A stretch of 64,000 bases of DNA from a virus: positions 109,495 through 173,494 of IMG/VR virus record IMGVR_UViG_3300035696_001556, one strand, 5' to 3'. This document shows, in pieces, positions 31,186-41,774 of the stretch; positions within the stretch are counted from its first letter, which is position 1; each line of letters starts with the position of its first letter. The notes beneath the pieces are model-generated. The model had not been told where the DNA came from, ran no database searches, and was given only the letters and a program-made list of their open reading frames with translations. The position numbers were made by a program, and so were the translations under genes.

Positions 31186-32949
31186 ATGGGCGGATACAGT
31201 CTCGTACCTTCAAACTACGAATTCCTAAAGAAACTCCGGGCTAGTAAAACAGCTACCTTGAAGCCTTGTTCCTTCTTAAAAGAATCCACACAACTGAGAT
31301 ACTATCAGGTTGTAGGCGCTACAAATTTAATGTGCCTCAGCCGTATGATACTGGGCGATTCTGTGGGTTTAGGTAAGACCTGCGAGCTAATCGCCGCCTA
31401 TGCTTTCTTGTTACAAAAAGATCCCACTCTTAAACTTCTTGTTGTAACTCCCAACTCAGCCATGGATCAGTGGGCTGAGGAGTTCGAGAAGTTCTCAAAA
31501 GACATTAAAGTTCATGTTATGTCCAATGAATTTGGTAAACTTAAAGGCCAAAACAAATGTGCCCATGTAGCCTATTTGAAAAAAAGAGGAATCCCGTACA
31601 ATAAAATTACCGGTTTTGACGCGAGAAAAATGCAGTATGATTACGTTAAAGCCCACGTCCTAATAACAAGCTATTTTACTGTTCAAGAGGATTATACTTT
31701 TTTAATACAGAATAGATCCCCAAATTATATGGTAGCTTGGGACGAGTGTCAGGCATTCAAATCAAGAACAACAAAAACACACTTTGGAGCTAGTAAAATA
31801 TCTGAAAAAGCCGTCCGAGTTTATGGGCTGAGCGCCACCGTCATAAAAAACAGACTCGAGGAGGCTTACAATATTTTCCGTATTATAGTCCCAGGATTAT
31901 TTGGAAGCGTGGCCAGGTTCCATAGAAATTTTGTTAAACTAAAGAAGATGAAAAAGAAACCAGGCAGCAAAAAAAGATTTTACACCATAATAACCGGATA
32001 TAAAAATCTTAAAGATTTCAGAACTACCATTGAGCCATATTTTCTTATACGTAAAACAAAAGATGTGGCCAAAGAACTCCCTGCTATCATTTCTAAAAAA
32101 GTAGTTTTGGAGATGACGGAACCGCAAGCAGTCCTCTATAAATTGGCTTTGAACGGATATATCTACCAACAAAGGGTCAAAACTAAATACTTTGAATTCA
32201 GGGATTACTATGATAAACTGCTTACGCCTTCAGAAAAAGATGTGACCGACCTAGAGAAGTTAAGTAAAGCCTACAGTGAGTCTCTTACCGAAGACGGAAT
32301 GTTAAAAAATAAACTGGCGGCTCTGTCCTTTTGTCAGCTTGTCTCTAATGGACCGCAATGGTTAGATAAAACAGAGCCTGGAGAAAGTTCTAAAGAAACC
32401 GAGTTTAAACGCATATTTGATCAGGAGTTACGTGCAGAGAAGACGATAGTATTTACACGGTTTAAATCCGGCATCCCACGGTTAGCAACTATCCTGGATG
32501 AGTTGGAGATCAAATACACGATGATAACAGGGGATGTTATAAAAGAGGATAGAAAGAGTGCCCGTTTGGATTTTCAGAACCTCACAAACAAAATACCGGT
32601 CATATTTATTACATCAGCTGGATCTGCTGCTTTAAATCTCCAAGCCGCCAATGTTATATTATTCTATGACACTCCGTGGAGCTATGGGGATTTGTATCAA
32701 ACAATAGGCCGTGCGCAGAGGATAGGAAGCATCCATCCTCACGTTCATATTATTCATATGGTGAATAAAAAAACGATAGACGAGCATGTTTTAGATATCT
32801 TGGAGAGTAAGAAACAACTCATTACGGAAGTAGTGGGAGATATAGCAGAAGGTGCCATAGAATTTACAGGAAAAGATTCCATAATTTTTAAAGAAGACGA
32901 GAGCTCCATTGATGCTCTCTTCAAGTCAGTTTTTAAAAAAGCAGCTTAA
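31186..32949 (+). CDS. SNF2-family (SF2) helicase/ATPase
   Basis: LRYYQ, LGDSVGLGKT, WDECQ, LSATVIKNRLEE, ALNLQAANVILFYDTPW, QTIGRAQRIG. Confidence 0.92.
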   Translation: MGGYSLVPSNYEFLKKLRASKTATLKPCSFLKESTQLRYYQVVGATNLMCLSRMILGDSVGLGKTCELIAAYAFLLQKDPTLKLLVVTPNSAMDQWAEEFEKFSKDIKVHVMSNEFGKLKGQNKCAHVAYLKKRGIPYNKITGFDARKMQYDYVKAHVLITSYFTVQEDYTFLIQNRSPNYMVAWDECQAFKSRTTKTHFGASKISEKAVRVYGLSATVIKNRLEEAYNIFRIIVPGLFGSVARFHRNFVKLKKMKKKPGSKKRFYTIITGYKNLKDFRTTIEPYFLIRKTKDVAKELPAIISKKVVLEMTEPQAVLYKLALNGYIYQQRVKTKYFEFRDYYDKLLTPSEKDVTDLEKLSKAYSESLTEDGMLKNKLAALSFCQLVSNGPQWLDKTEPGESSKETEFKRIFDQELRAEKTIVFTRFKSGIPRLATILDELEIKYTMITGDVIKEDRKSARLDFQNLTNKIPVIFITSAGSAALNLQAANVILFYDTPWSYGDLYQTIGRAQRIGSIHPHVHIIHMVNKKTIDEHVLDILESKKQLITEVVGDIAEGAIEFTGKDSIIFKEDESSIDALFKSVFKKAA

Positions 32950-32987
32950 CTTTTAAAAGTTGCAGTATTTTAGAAAAAGCGACTCTA

Positions 32988-33725
32988 ATGGAAAACAAAA
33001 AAGTTTGCCCCTATTGCGGCAATTCGGGTCAGATAAAATTCATATCCGCGAACAGAAAAAGCATTGCTGTAGACAAGTACAACAAACCGCTAGTGGAGTA
33101 CAGTTATTATACTTGCCCCTGTGTTAACAATAAGGTAATCAGTGAGACCTACAATAAACTTTCTGGAACACCGGACGTAACCCTTGCAGAAGCCATTTAT
33201 GCAGGAAAATTCGCTGGATTCAGGAACCTCGTTATCCACGGCAGCGAAGAAAAATTTCTATTCCTTGTAAAAGCCACAATGCTCCTTCATGCGAACTATC
33301 ATCGAACTTTTGAAATTCTAAACGGTATAGAGCTCGTACAGAAATATTATGTTGAACAGCGTCCTGGAACTTTCAGAAGTTTGTCCGATCTCGAAGCCAA
33401 AGATCTGTTGATATTTTTGTTTGATGCAGCTCCAGAAAATAAAGTGCAAAATACGACTGTTTTTGAAGTAATAAAAAACAGATTGCGCATGAACAGTCTT
33501 GAAAAACGCTTGAAAAAAGAAGAAGTTTATCGACCCACTTGGGTCTATACCACATCACAGGAATCTATAACAAAAAGTAAAGAATACTCCAGTGATGCGG
33601 GGCAACTTCTTAAAACTCATTTTACATGGTTGAATTTAGAAGATTATGACACACCTTTTAAAGCTGCGGGGCCTGAGTCATTGCAGAAGAGATCCGCAGC
33701 TCAAGACATCACGGGAGATATTTAA
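32988..33725 (+). CDS. zinc-binding DnaC/DnaI-like helicase-loader homolog with degenerate P-loop
   Basis: CPYC..CPC zinc site, NLVIHG strand, DLLIF Walker-B-like strand, EVIKNRL..PTWVYT; directly upstream of DnaB; no GKT. Confidence 0.5.
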   Translation: MENKKVCPYCGNSGQIKFISANRKSIAVDKYNKPLVEYSYYTCPCVNNKVISETYNKLSGTPDVTLAEAIYAGKFAGFRNLVIHGSEEKFLFLVKATMLLHANYHRTFEILNGIELVQKYYVEQRPGTFRSLSDLEAKDLLIFLFDAAPENKVQNTTVFEVIKNRLRMNSLEKRLKKEEVYRPTWVYTTSQESITKSKEYSSDAGQLLKTHFTWLNLEDYDTPFKAAGPESLQKRSAAQDITGDI

Positions 33726-35282
33726 ATGCTTGATATAGCAATAATTTTCCGATCAATAATAAACTTCAAAGATGCTGCCGGACAGGAAACGATCTCACAG
33801 CCCAATCTTGTGAAGAATTTCAGAGCATTACAGGAACACGTTCCTGATCCCCCAGAAGAAAAAGCATACCAAATTCTATACCACTATATTTTGGATCATG
33901 TCAGGACTTGTGACACTTCTGATGACTACGAGCTTCCTTCGTATGAGCTGATTAAAAAATGGTTTGAAGAAAACGGGGATAAAGAGGTTGAGGCTATATT
34001 ATCTGTTTTGGAGAAAATAAGAGTACAACAGCCATACATAGGTCAAGATTATCGGAAGATCTTGAAGCAGTACAAACAAGAGGTAGATTTACTTAAGCTT
34101 GAGCAGATTCTTGTTACTGCTGAAAAAATCGCCAAGATAGGGCTAAGAGAAAGTAAAGCCAAAAATGCGCCGTTGCTGAAAGGTATCCCAGACGCTATAG
34201 ACTACTTTGCCAGGCAGTCAAGATATCTGAGGCAAAATGTTTTTGGACTGAAGTTAGAATCACAGATAGTAAGCCAGGAGGATGTTACAGAAATGAAAAC
34301 AGATTATGAAAAAGTAAAAAAAGACCCTATAGAAGTTTTAGGTATCTATACGGGACTTGATTCAATAGATACTGTGTGTAAAGGTTTGAAAAACACAGAG
34401 CTAATGCTTGTAACAGCTTTTACCTCTCATGGAAAGACTACGTTTGTAATGCATGTTGCATACAAAGCAATCATATCCGGATTCAATAGCGCAGTGATTA
34501 CCCTGGAGCAATCCTTCAAGGAGATACGCCAACAGATTTATGTGAAGCATACCTGTAATCCTAAATTCAGTCAAGAACCTTATAGCATTAAGCATCCGGA
34601 ATTTTCAAAATACATAGGAAATATAGCTTTGGAAGACATTATCTATGGTAATTTGGATGAAAAGGAACAAGCGTTTTTTGATGCAGTCTGCACTGATCTA
34701 ATTGAGACCCCCGGTTATGGTAAGCTTTATCTGTGGCAACCCCCAAAGGCTCAGATCACTGTGGCGGATATAGAGTTCAAGCTTATGCAGATCCAGCAAG
34801 AGCTGAAGGCTACAGGCAGAGATCTGGAGTTTGCAGTTATAGATTATATCAGTCTTTTGGGGTTGCCGGTTGAGGAAAGGACTAAAGATCCCAATGAAAA
34901 TCAGAACACCATCATAAAACAGCTTAAGAGGATGTGTTTAACTTTCAATAATGGAAAAGGGATAAGGATATTGTCTCCGTTTCAGGCAAGCAGAAAAGGA
35001 TATGAGGAAGCCATAGAGCATGACGGTATATACAGCTTAACGGCTTTGTCAAATGCCCATGAAGCAGAACGATCTTCAGATGTTGTGATAGCTCTATTTG
35101 TGGACAAAGATGGCAGAAACGAAGGAAAAACAAAATTCAGTTGTTTGAAAAACAGAAGACACAGGTTCTTTAATCCTTTCAATGCGATATTGAGTCATAA
35201 ATCTTTCACCTATACGGAAAGCAATTTTGATCCAGGTCTGGAAGCAGTAGCAGCAGCCGAACAAATTCAAAGTATCATATGA
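33726..35282 (+). CDS. dnaB: DnaB-like replicative helicase
   Basis: GIYTGLDSID..L..ELMLVTAFTSHGKT, ITLEQ, VIDYISLL, Q..R, AERSSDVVI, KNR. Confidence 0.85.
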   Translation: MLDIAIIFRSIINFKDAAGQETISQPNLVKNFRALQEHVPDPPEEKAYQILYHYILDHVRTCDTSDDYELPSYELIKKWFEENGDKEVEAILSVLEKIRVQQPYIGQDYRKILKQYKQEVDLLKLEQILVTAEKIAKIGLRESKAKNAPLLKGIPDAIDYFARQSRYLRQNVFGLKLESQIVSQEDVTEMKTDYEKVKKDPIEVLGIYTGLDSIDTVCKGLKNTELMLVTAFTSHGKTTFVMHVAYKAIISGFNSAVITLEQSFKEIRQQIYVKHTCNPKFSQEPYSIKHPEFSKYIGNIALEDIIYGNLDEKEQAFFDAVCTDLIETPGYGKLYLWQPPKAQITVADIEFKLMQIQQELKATGRDLEFAVIDYISLLGLPVEERTKDPNENQNTIIKQLKRMCLTFNNGKGIRILSPFQASRKGYEEAIEHDGIYSLTALSNAHEAERSSDVVIALFVDKDGRNEGKTKFSCLKNRRHRFFNPFNAILSHKSFTYTESNFDPGLEAVAAAEQIQSII

Positions 35283-35833
35283 AAGACCTTCAAAGTTTAA
35301 AGGAACACATTAAAAAATATGTTACTCTCGGAGATCTACTTCGAAATGAAGGAAAATTACTTTACAACCTTGATGAAGAACAGATCCATTGCCCTTTTCA
35401 TGGAGAAGACAGAAGAAAAAGCGCACGGTATTACAAAAGTACCGATGACATATACTGCTGGAAATGTAAAAAAATATGGGACATCTTCTCCTATCTTCAA
35501 CAGAGCAAAGGGATCTCATTAGGAGAAGCCATAAACAGTCTTGTACAGACGTACAGGATAGATATTTCATCTGTCCCAGAGCAGATGGAAGTACTTATAA
35601 AGGGAGTAACTGGGACACAAAGAATAGAGATAGATCGTAAAAAGGTTTTCTTAATGCAAGTGTATGACTATCTCATAGGGATAAGGGATAAAGTAGATTT
35701 TGAAAAATTCAGGAAGCTGGCATTTTCATATATGATTCTAAAATGTTCCATAACGGATGAAAAATTCACGGAAGCTTCAGGGAAACTCAACGAAGCCCTG
35801 ATCCGAGTAACGAAAGAAATTAACAATGGCTGA
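35279..35833 (+). CDS. stand-alone CHC2 zinc-finger (DnaG primase N-terminal domain) protein
   Basis: CPFHGEDRRKSA..YCWKC..DIFSYLQQSKGISLGEAI; no TOPRIM domain. Confidence 0.8.
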   Translation: MKDLQSLKEHIKKYVTLGDLLRNEGKLLYNLDEEQIHCPFHGEDRRKSARYYKSTDDIYCWKCKKIWDIFSYLQQSKGISLGEAINSLVQTYRIDISSVPEQMEVLIKGVTGTQRIEIDRKKVFLMQVYDYLIGIRDKVDFEKFRKLAFSYMILKCSITDEKFTEASGKLNEALIRVTKEINNG

Positions 35834-38417
35834 AGATTTTTCACTGATAACGCCACAACTTGATCCCTTCGTAAAATCCGATGTAAAACATATCTTCGAG
35901 GAGATGCCGTGGATGAAGGGTAAGAGTATCATTCTATTGCACAAGAAATTGGATATTGAAAACTACATAAACAAACTTATAAAACAAGGGATCGCTGCGT
36001 GTGACGTTGAAACCACCGGTCTGAATACTCGATTAAGTCCAGAAGGCATGCCATATGCTACCCTTGTAGGGTTGTGTTTAGCGGCCAGCAAGGATGATGG
36101 AGTCTATATCCCCATAGCCCATAAGAAGGGCGAAAAGTTGGATTCTGAATTAAATGTCCCTCTTGATTTTATACTGGGAGAACTTAAACGTCTTGCTGCA
36201 AACTGTGTCCTTATATTTCATAACGTTAAATATGACGGTGCCGTGCTCAGAAATTACGGTATTTATATAGGTGGGGAATCCTGCGACGAGACAATGTACG
36301 AAGACACTCTTATTATGGCAGTAATCCAGGATGCTTCAAGAAAGGATAACAGATTAAAACACCTTGCAAAAGTCTTACTACAGAGAGAAATGCTGGAAAT
36401 AAAAGGGCTCGGTGTTACCGTTTCAAGTGATGACATTGTAGCGTTTGATGAGGTCCCTCCGGAAAAAGCAGTTTATTATGGAGCTGCAGACGCTATGAAT
36501 ACTTTTTATTTGTATGAATATTTCAAGGCGCTCATAGATAAACAGGATCCAGATAAAAGGCAAGGGCCATGGGGTATTTATAAGATAGAGAAAAAGTGTA
36601 TGTTTGTTACGATGGAGATGGAACGAAATTATGTACGTTTGGATATAGATTATTTAAAGAAAGTAAAAGAAGACCTTGAAGCAAGGAGTGCCGAGTGTGT
36701 ACGCAAAGTGTGGGATGCTGCAGGACGACAGTTTGATGTGGCAAGCCCTAAACAGCTGGGTACTGTTTTATTCGATGAGCTGAAAATACCGTATCCGATA
36801 AAAGAGAAAACCAAAACAGAAGGTTATGTAACATCTGAGTTCGTCCTTGGAAAAATAGCGGATAAGCACCCAATAGTTAATCGTATCCTCGATTATAGAG
36901 GATATCAGAAAAGCCTGACTACTTACATAGACAATCTTCTACTCAATGCAGATGAGAATAATGAAGTTAAATTTGAATTAAATCAGACGAGGGCAGATAC
37001 TGGAAGGTACTCAGCCACTGGAGGGCAGGGGTTAAAAAAGGATGGATATTGCGGGGTAGAGTGCCAAAATCTTCCAAGAACCAATAAAAAAGACCCTAAA
37101 GCGGTAGATATCAGAAAAGCTCTGATAGCCCGTCCAGGATTTAAAATAGTAACTCTTGACTACAGTGGTGAGGAACTTCGTGTAGCTGCTAACTTTTCTA
37201 AGGAAGAAAAGTGGATAAATGAGTTTCTACACGGGACTGGAGACTTGCATACTATCACGACACAGATTATATTTAATAAAACCGAAGTCTCTAAAGATGA
37301 AAGAAATTTGGGAAAAACCTTGAACTTCACCGTTTTGTACGGGGGAGGCCCTGGGACCTTCGCAGGAAGAGCTAATATACCTTTCGATCAAGCCAAGAAA
37401 TTCATCTATAATTTCTTCAAGCAGTATACAGGCATTGAGAGGTGGGTCAAATATGAGGCGAAAATATCTAGGAAAAGAGGTTATGCCAAGACTGCTTTAG
37501 GCCGAAGAAGACCCTTGACTGACTTCTACAATTCCCCAGAAAAAGAAGTCCAGAAAAAAGGTGACCGTTGTGCGGTCAACACGGCAATCCAAGGATCAAG
37601 CGCTGACATAATAAAGATAGCTCTACATAGGGTTTCAAAGTGGATACGAGAGCAAGGACTACAAGACAAGATAAGAATGCTAATACCTATCCACGATGAA
37701 ATAGTATATGAAATAAAAAATGATGGCTCGGAAGAAGAGACAGCAGCTTTCGGGCATTACATCGAAGAAATAGCCAAAATAATGATCATAGATGACATCC
37801 CTACCAAGCTAGGCTGGCCTGTTCATCTGGCAGTCGACGCAGAATACGGAGATTCTTTCTCCATTGATCATGATTATTTCAAAGAAAAAGAAGCGGCTAA
37901 AAAAAACATGGCCGCTGTCCCTGTTTCTAAAAACGATTCAACCAAGGAGGTTCAGCAGCCGAAACAAGAGACCCCAGTTACTTACGCAGAAAATTCAAAT
38001 GATGTTAGTGTTGTGACGATACAGCATTCTTCAGTGCAGAACAAGGGATATCAATTCGAGGCAAAGATACGTAGTCAGATTTTAGGAGAAGATGACTTAC
38101 GTTTAGCAAAAGAGATTTTATTAAAAAGGGTCCAGGAAGAAGCCAGAGAGATAGATAAAGAGGTTTCTGACAACCCAACTTTGAAAACTTTGATAGATGA
38201 AAAAAATTACCTCACTTGGACGATATCCAACTTCGACACTGTCGTAGCCAAGCAGATAGCCGTCATTATTGGTATCCTCGAGAATTTTACGGACATGTAC
38301 TCGGGGCCTAAATGTCACATAAAACTGACAAGTAAAGATGGTGAAGTCTTGTACACAAGCCCAAACAAGGTCTCTGCAGATGCCTTTGTATCTCTATGCT
38401 TATGGCTTAACATTTAA
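35826..38417 (+). CDS. polA: family A DNA polymerase (3'-5' exonuclease + polymerase, no 5' nuclease)
   Basis: DVETTG, FHNVKYD, YGAAD, TGRYS, DYSGEELR, RNLGKTLNFTVLYG, NTAIQGSSAD, IHDEIV. Confidence 0.95.
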   Translation: MAEDFSLITPQLDPFVKSDVKHIFEEMPWMKGKSIILLHKKLDIENYINKLIKQGIAACDVETTGLNTRLSPEGMPYATLVGLCLAASKDDGVYIPIAHKKGEKLDSELNVPLDFILGELKRLAANCVLIFHNVKYDGAVLRNYGIYIGGESCDETMYEDTLIMAVIQDASRKDNRLKHLAKVLLQREMLEIKGLGVTVSSDDIVAFDEVPPEKAVYYGAADAMNTFYLYEYFKALIDKQDPDKRQGPWGIYKIEKKCMFVTMEMERNYVRLDIDYLKKVKEDLEARSAECVRKVWDAAGRQFDVASPKQLGTVLFDELKIPYPIKEKTKTEGYVTSEFVLGKIADKHPIVNRILDYRGYQKSLTTYIDNLLLNADENNEVKFELNQTRADTGRYSATGGQGLKKDGYCGVECQNLPRTNKKDPKAVDIRKALIARPGFKIVTLDYSGEELRVAANFSKEEKWINEFLHGTGDLHTITTQIIFNKTEVSKDERNLGKTLNFTVLYGGGPGTFAGRANIPFDQAKKFIYNFFKQYTGIERWVKYEAKISRKRGYAKTALGRRRPLTDFYNSPEKEVQKKGDRCAVNTAIQGSSADIIKIALHRVSKWIREQGLQDKIRMLIPIHDEIVYEIKNDGSEEETAAFGHYIEEIAKIMIIDDIPTKLGWPVHLAVDAEYGDSFSIDHDYFKEKEAAKKNMAAVPVSKNDSTKEVQQPKQETPVTYAENSNDVSVVTIQHSSVQNKGYQFEAKIRSQILGEDDLRLAKEILLKRVQEEAREIDKEVSDNPTLKTLIDEKNYLTWTISNFDTVVAKQIAVIIGILENFTDMYSGPKCHIKLTSKDGEVLYTSPNKVSADAFVSLCLWLNI

Positions 38418-38434
38418 AGCCTGGAGGTCCTTTT

Positions 38435-39187
38435 ATGGTCGTTGTGAAAACGGTCGAAGAATTCCAGAGAGAGAATGAAAACGAGTTAAAATCTTTTCTC
38501 TCTCACAAGACGGGTATAATAGATCAAGAAATTATCAACGATACTATTCAAGATTTTTATCTCCGTCTCATGCAAACGAAAGCTCTGGAGGGTTTTGATG
38601 AAACCAGAGCGCCAACAGACGAGCAGAACATGCTGAATTACGAGCGTTGGGTCTGCAATAATTTCTGTTGGTTCCTGCCCCTTATGCGTAAAAAGAATTA
38701 CACGCAAGTACTTAAGCTCAAGGTCCTTTCTGAGAAAGAGCGTAGAAAAAGAGAAGATTATATTCGGAAGTACGGGGAAGAATTCATAGATGAAGAAGAT
38801 CCAAGTTATGAGACTTTAAGATTTTATTCGGAGATATCCGTAAAAAAGCCTCAGTCAACGGAATCGGTCAGCATTTATGATGTCGTGAATCCAGCTTCCA
38901 AGAATAATCCGTATAAAATAAATCCGGATTATGACGCTTCTATTGTTGAGCAGGACGATGAAGATGTCCTTGTTAAAAGTTTGAATGCTTTTTTCAGGCA
39001 TGTACAAAAAGTCCTACCCGAAAAGAAAGCTCGACAGATCATCCTCTATATGAAATACCGTAAAGAGGGTTTGAACAATGTTGACATAGCTATAATTTTG
39101 GGTGTGTCGAATAACATGGTCAAGTTCATAAAACGTGACGCTCGTGCGATGTACAAAAAATGGACCAAGGAACTAGTGATAGCCTGA
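38435..39187 (+). CDS. phage sigma-70-like transcription factor
   Basis: Region-2-like NDTIQDFYLRL and region-4 HTH EGLNNVDIAIILGVSNNMVK. Confidence 0.65.
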   Translation: MVVVKTVEEFQRENENELKSFLSHKTGIIDQEIINDTIQDFYLRLMQTKALEGFDETRAPTDEQNMLNYERWVCNNFCWFLPLMRKKNYTQVLKLKVLSEKERRKREDYIRKYGEEFIDEEDPSYETLRFYSEISVKKPQSTESVSIYDVVNPASKNNPYKINPDYDASIVEQDDEDVLVKSLNAFFRHVQKVLPEKKARQIILYMKYRKEGLNNVDIAIILGVSNNMVKFIKRDARAMYKKWTKELVIA

Positions 39188-39366
39188 ACAAAGTTTCCTA
39201 TGCTGAAGTCGTTGAAGAAGTAAAAAGATTGCAGGGTCTCCTTTTAATGTATAAAAATGGAGACCCCCTTTTACCTTCAGATTTTAACTACAGGAACACG
39301 CTGTTCGCTTTAAGGCACTACAAGCTCAAACTGTCGTGCTGGAAAAAATCAGAAAGGAATTCTTAA
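39160..39366 (+). CDS. small hypothetical protein
   Basis: Fills the gap; its stop overlaps the next ATG (TAATG at 39364-39368). Confidence 0.5.
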   Translation: MDQGTSDSLNKVSYAEVVEEVKRLQGLLLMYKNGDPLLPSDFNYRNTLFALRHYKLKLSCWKKSERNS

Positions 39367-40682
39367 TGAAAGATAAAGAAAGAGATATAAATGTTAGATT
39401 AGAGGGAGCCCAAGAAGACATTGACATCACTATAGAAGGTGTCCTTGCAGGTTCTATAAAAGAAGCATATCCTATACCGGATCATGAACCAGAATATTTG
39501 GATCAACCACCGAGCACGCATCTCACTGCTAAAAAGGATAAGCTCGAGATAAATCTTATTGACAACACAAAAAAAGAAGAAGTCAAAAAAGATCCAAAGA
39601 CCATGGCTGAAGATGCCATATCCCTTGCCGGTAGACTGGAAACCTGGAATGGATCGTGCAGGGACCTTTTTCTTGATTTAAGGACGATTACTTTTACAGC
39701 AACGGATGAAGATATGTTCATAGAATGCAATGACAAGGATTATTATCCAAAACCCCTTTATTTCAAAACTGATCCACAGAAACCTAAGGATCCGAAGACA
39801 GTGCAGGCACAAAAGCAATTTTGCAAACAGATAGGGATCCCTCATAGTTTTTTCATGAATAACCGGCCACAGCTTAAGATGGATATAGTTAAAACATGGC
39901 AAGCTGGACTTGGAGCAGACAAGGATAAAGGTCGAGGGATAGTCCGATTCAGGGAGTCGCCAGATTACTGCGTACTACGTGCAATCGTACCGGAGACCTA
40001 TGCCCTCATACAGAACTATGAGATTATCAGAACAATAAACGACACTTTTATAAAAGTAGATGGTTTCAGAACAATAAACGACACTTTTATAAAAGTAGAT
40101 GGTTCTAACCCCAATGTCTTGGAATTCGCCTATGGAGACGAAAGGGATGATCTTACTCTACATGCCCGATATCTGTCAGGCCAGAAGTTCCAGATTTTAG
40201 ATTCGGATGTTTGTGTAGGGTTCTCGGTTATAGCATCTGAACTAGGAGCCAGCCCACTTATCGTTGAGGCTTTGTTACACCATATCCAAAGCAGGACAGC
40301 GTTCATAGCTTCTTATGGTGCCGAGTCTTTTTTAACGGCTAAATATGAAGGCATACAGCCTCAAGAGATCAAAGAGCTCTTCCCTAAACTTATAGAGCGT
40401 ATTACCCAGGAAATTCCTGAAATGAAGGCCCGTATAGAAAATTTGAGGGGCACGATAGATCCAGAAGAAACCTGTGAAATAATAGCTTCTTGGAAAGGTT
40501 TACCTTCAAAGTTTCAAAGAGCTCTCTTCCATGAAGTAAGTACCTGTCCTGATGATATGAAGACTATGTGGGATTTTGCAAGGCACATGTCTTTAATAGC
40601 CAAAGATTTTGATTCTTTAAAGAGACTTCAGATAGAGCGAGCGGCAGGTCAATACCTTAATTTGATGTTTAGTAAACAATAG
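39366..40682 (+). CDS. DUF932-like phage protein
   Basis: AQKQFCKQIGIP..F..VLRAIVPETY..IQNYEII..GFSVIASELGASPLIV; ATG 39366 has RBS AAAGGA. Confidence 0.55.
   Translation: MKDKERDINVRLEGAQEDIDITIEGVLAGSIKEAYPIPDHEPEYLDQPPSTHLTAKKDKLEINLIDNTKKEEVKKDPKTMAEDAISLAGRLETWNGSCRDLFLDLRTITFTATDEDMFIECNDKDYYPKPLYFKTDPQKPKDPKTVQAQKQFCKQIGIPHSFFMNNRPQLKMDIVKTWQAGLGADKDKGRGIVRFRESPDYCVLRAIVPETYALIQNYEIIRTINDTFIKVDGFRTINDTFIKVDGSNPNVLEFAYGDERDDLTLHARYLSGQKFQILDSDVCVGFSVIASELGASPLIVEALLHHIQSRTAFIASYGAESFLTAKYEGIQPQEIKELFPKLIERITQEIPEMKARIENLRGTIDPEETCEIIASWKGLPSKFQRALFHEVSTCPDDMKTMWDFARHMSLIAKDFDSLKRLQIERAAGQYLNLMFSKQ
40027..40104 (+). repeat. exact in-frame 39-bp tandem duplication
   Basis: TCAGAACAATAAACGACACTTTTATAAAAGTAGATGGTT twice, giving RTINDTFIKVDG twice. 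Confidence 0.95.
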
Positions 40683-40691
40683 GAGGATTAT

Positions 40692-41072
40692 ATGCTTAAG
40701 AAAACTTCAAAGCTCACGAGAACATACTTAAGCAGCGATGTTTTTGTCGACAGAGATATAACATGGGAAGAACTTAATAGAGCAATGTCACAATTAGGTT
40801 CAGGCCGATCAGACCCTGAAAAGTCATCAATTGCCTTAAAAGATTCGAAAGGAAAAGTACAGATATTCAAACCAGGATCAATGAAGAATTTTATGAAATT
40901 TCTTCATGCAGCTTGGTGCGAGATGCCGTCTAAAAAGGAGACAAAAGAAAGAGAAACAAAAATAAGAATTGGGACAGTTTATGCTTATAAAGGATCGAGA
41001 CAGCTTGAAGGTAAGCCATATGATGATGAAAACTGGACTATAGAAATACATACACGAGTTCCAAAATTTTAA
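40692..41072 (+). CDS. hypothetical protein
   Basis: RBS AGGAGG; 126 aa. Confidence 0.75.
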   Translation: MLKKTSKLTRTYLSSDVFVDRDITWEELNRAMSQLGSGRSDPEKSSIALKDSKGKVQIFKPGSMKNFMKFLHAAWCEMPSKKETKERETKIRIGTVYAYKGSRQLEGKPYDDENWTIEIHTRVPKF

Positions 41073-41122
41073 GTGGGATTATTGAAAAATGTTAACAAAC
41101 AGAAAAATTGAAAGGAATAGCT

Positions 41123-41773
41123 ATGGATGGAACTGCACAATTCAGATGTAGCTGTGGTAAAGAATATGTCTTTGAAGTCACTTCTCAAACTATGCAAGAA
41201 AAACTGGATGAAGATTACAGCCTCAAAGCCACGACGGAAGTAAAAATTGAAAAAGGAAATGAAGCTAAAAAACAATCTAAAAAAAGAGTTTTAGATTTGT
41301 TAAATAAAGCTCTGGGCAGTATTAATCATCCTGAGAAACGAGAAGAGTCTCAAGATTTAGTAGAGATGGCCATGATGGAAATGGAGTCTTTATATAGAGA
41401 GGATCCAGATCAGACAAACTCTACGAAAAATAAAAAAGAAGTAGATGACTGTCTTAACTGTAGAGATTTCGGTAAAGGACCTATAGAACTCTGCGGAGAG
41501 TGCGGTCCCTATCATCATTTTCGTTTTTGGTCTCCAAAAGTAAATGATAAAAAGGAGTGCGAAGACGGAATGAAATATCTACTTCAAGATTTGAGTGATT
41601 TGCTCCTTGATGAAGTTTCGAATATTACAGCTGAAATTGTAGAATACAGCTTAGAAACTCTTAACAGGATAAGAGATAAATTAATTGCATTTAGAAAGTT
41701 GGCCAAAGATAATAAGTACAAATATGACGAAGCTATAGACAGATTTATTGAGACTAAAATGTGGGAGCGTTAA
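41123..41773 (+). CDS. hypothetical Cys-containing protein
   Basis: CSCG and CLNC..CGEC motifs; RBS AAAGGA before ATG 41123. Confidence 0.7.
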   Translation: MDGTAQFRCSCGKEYVFEVTSQTMQEKLDEDYSLKATTEVKIEKGNEAKKQSKKRVLDLLNKALGSINHPEKREESQDLVEMAMMEMESLYREDPDQTNSTKNKKEVDDCLNCRDFGKGPIELCGECGPYHHFRFWSPKVNDKKECEDGMKYLLQDLSDLLLDEVSNITAEIVEYSLETLNRIRDKLIAFRKLAKDNKYKYDEAIDRFIETKMWER

Positions 41774-41774
41774 A

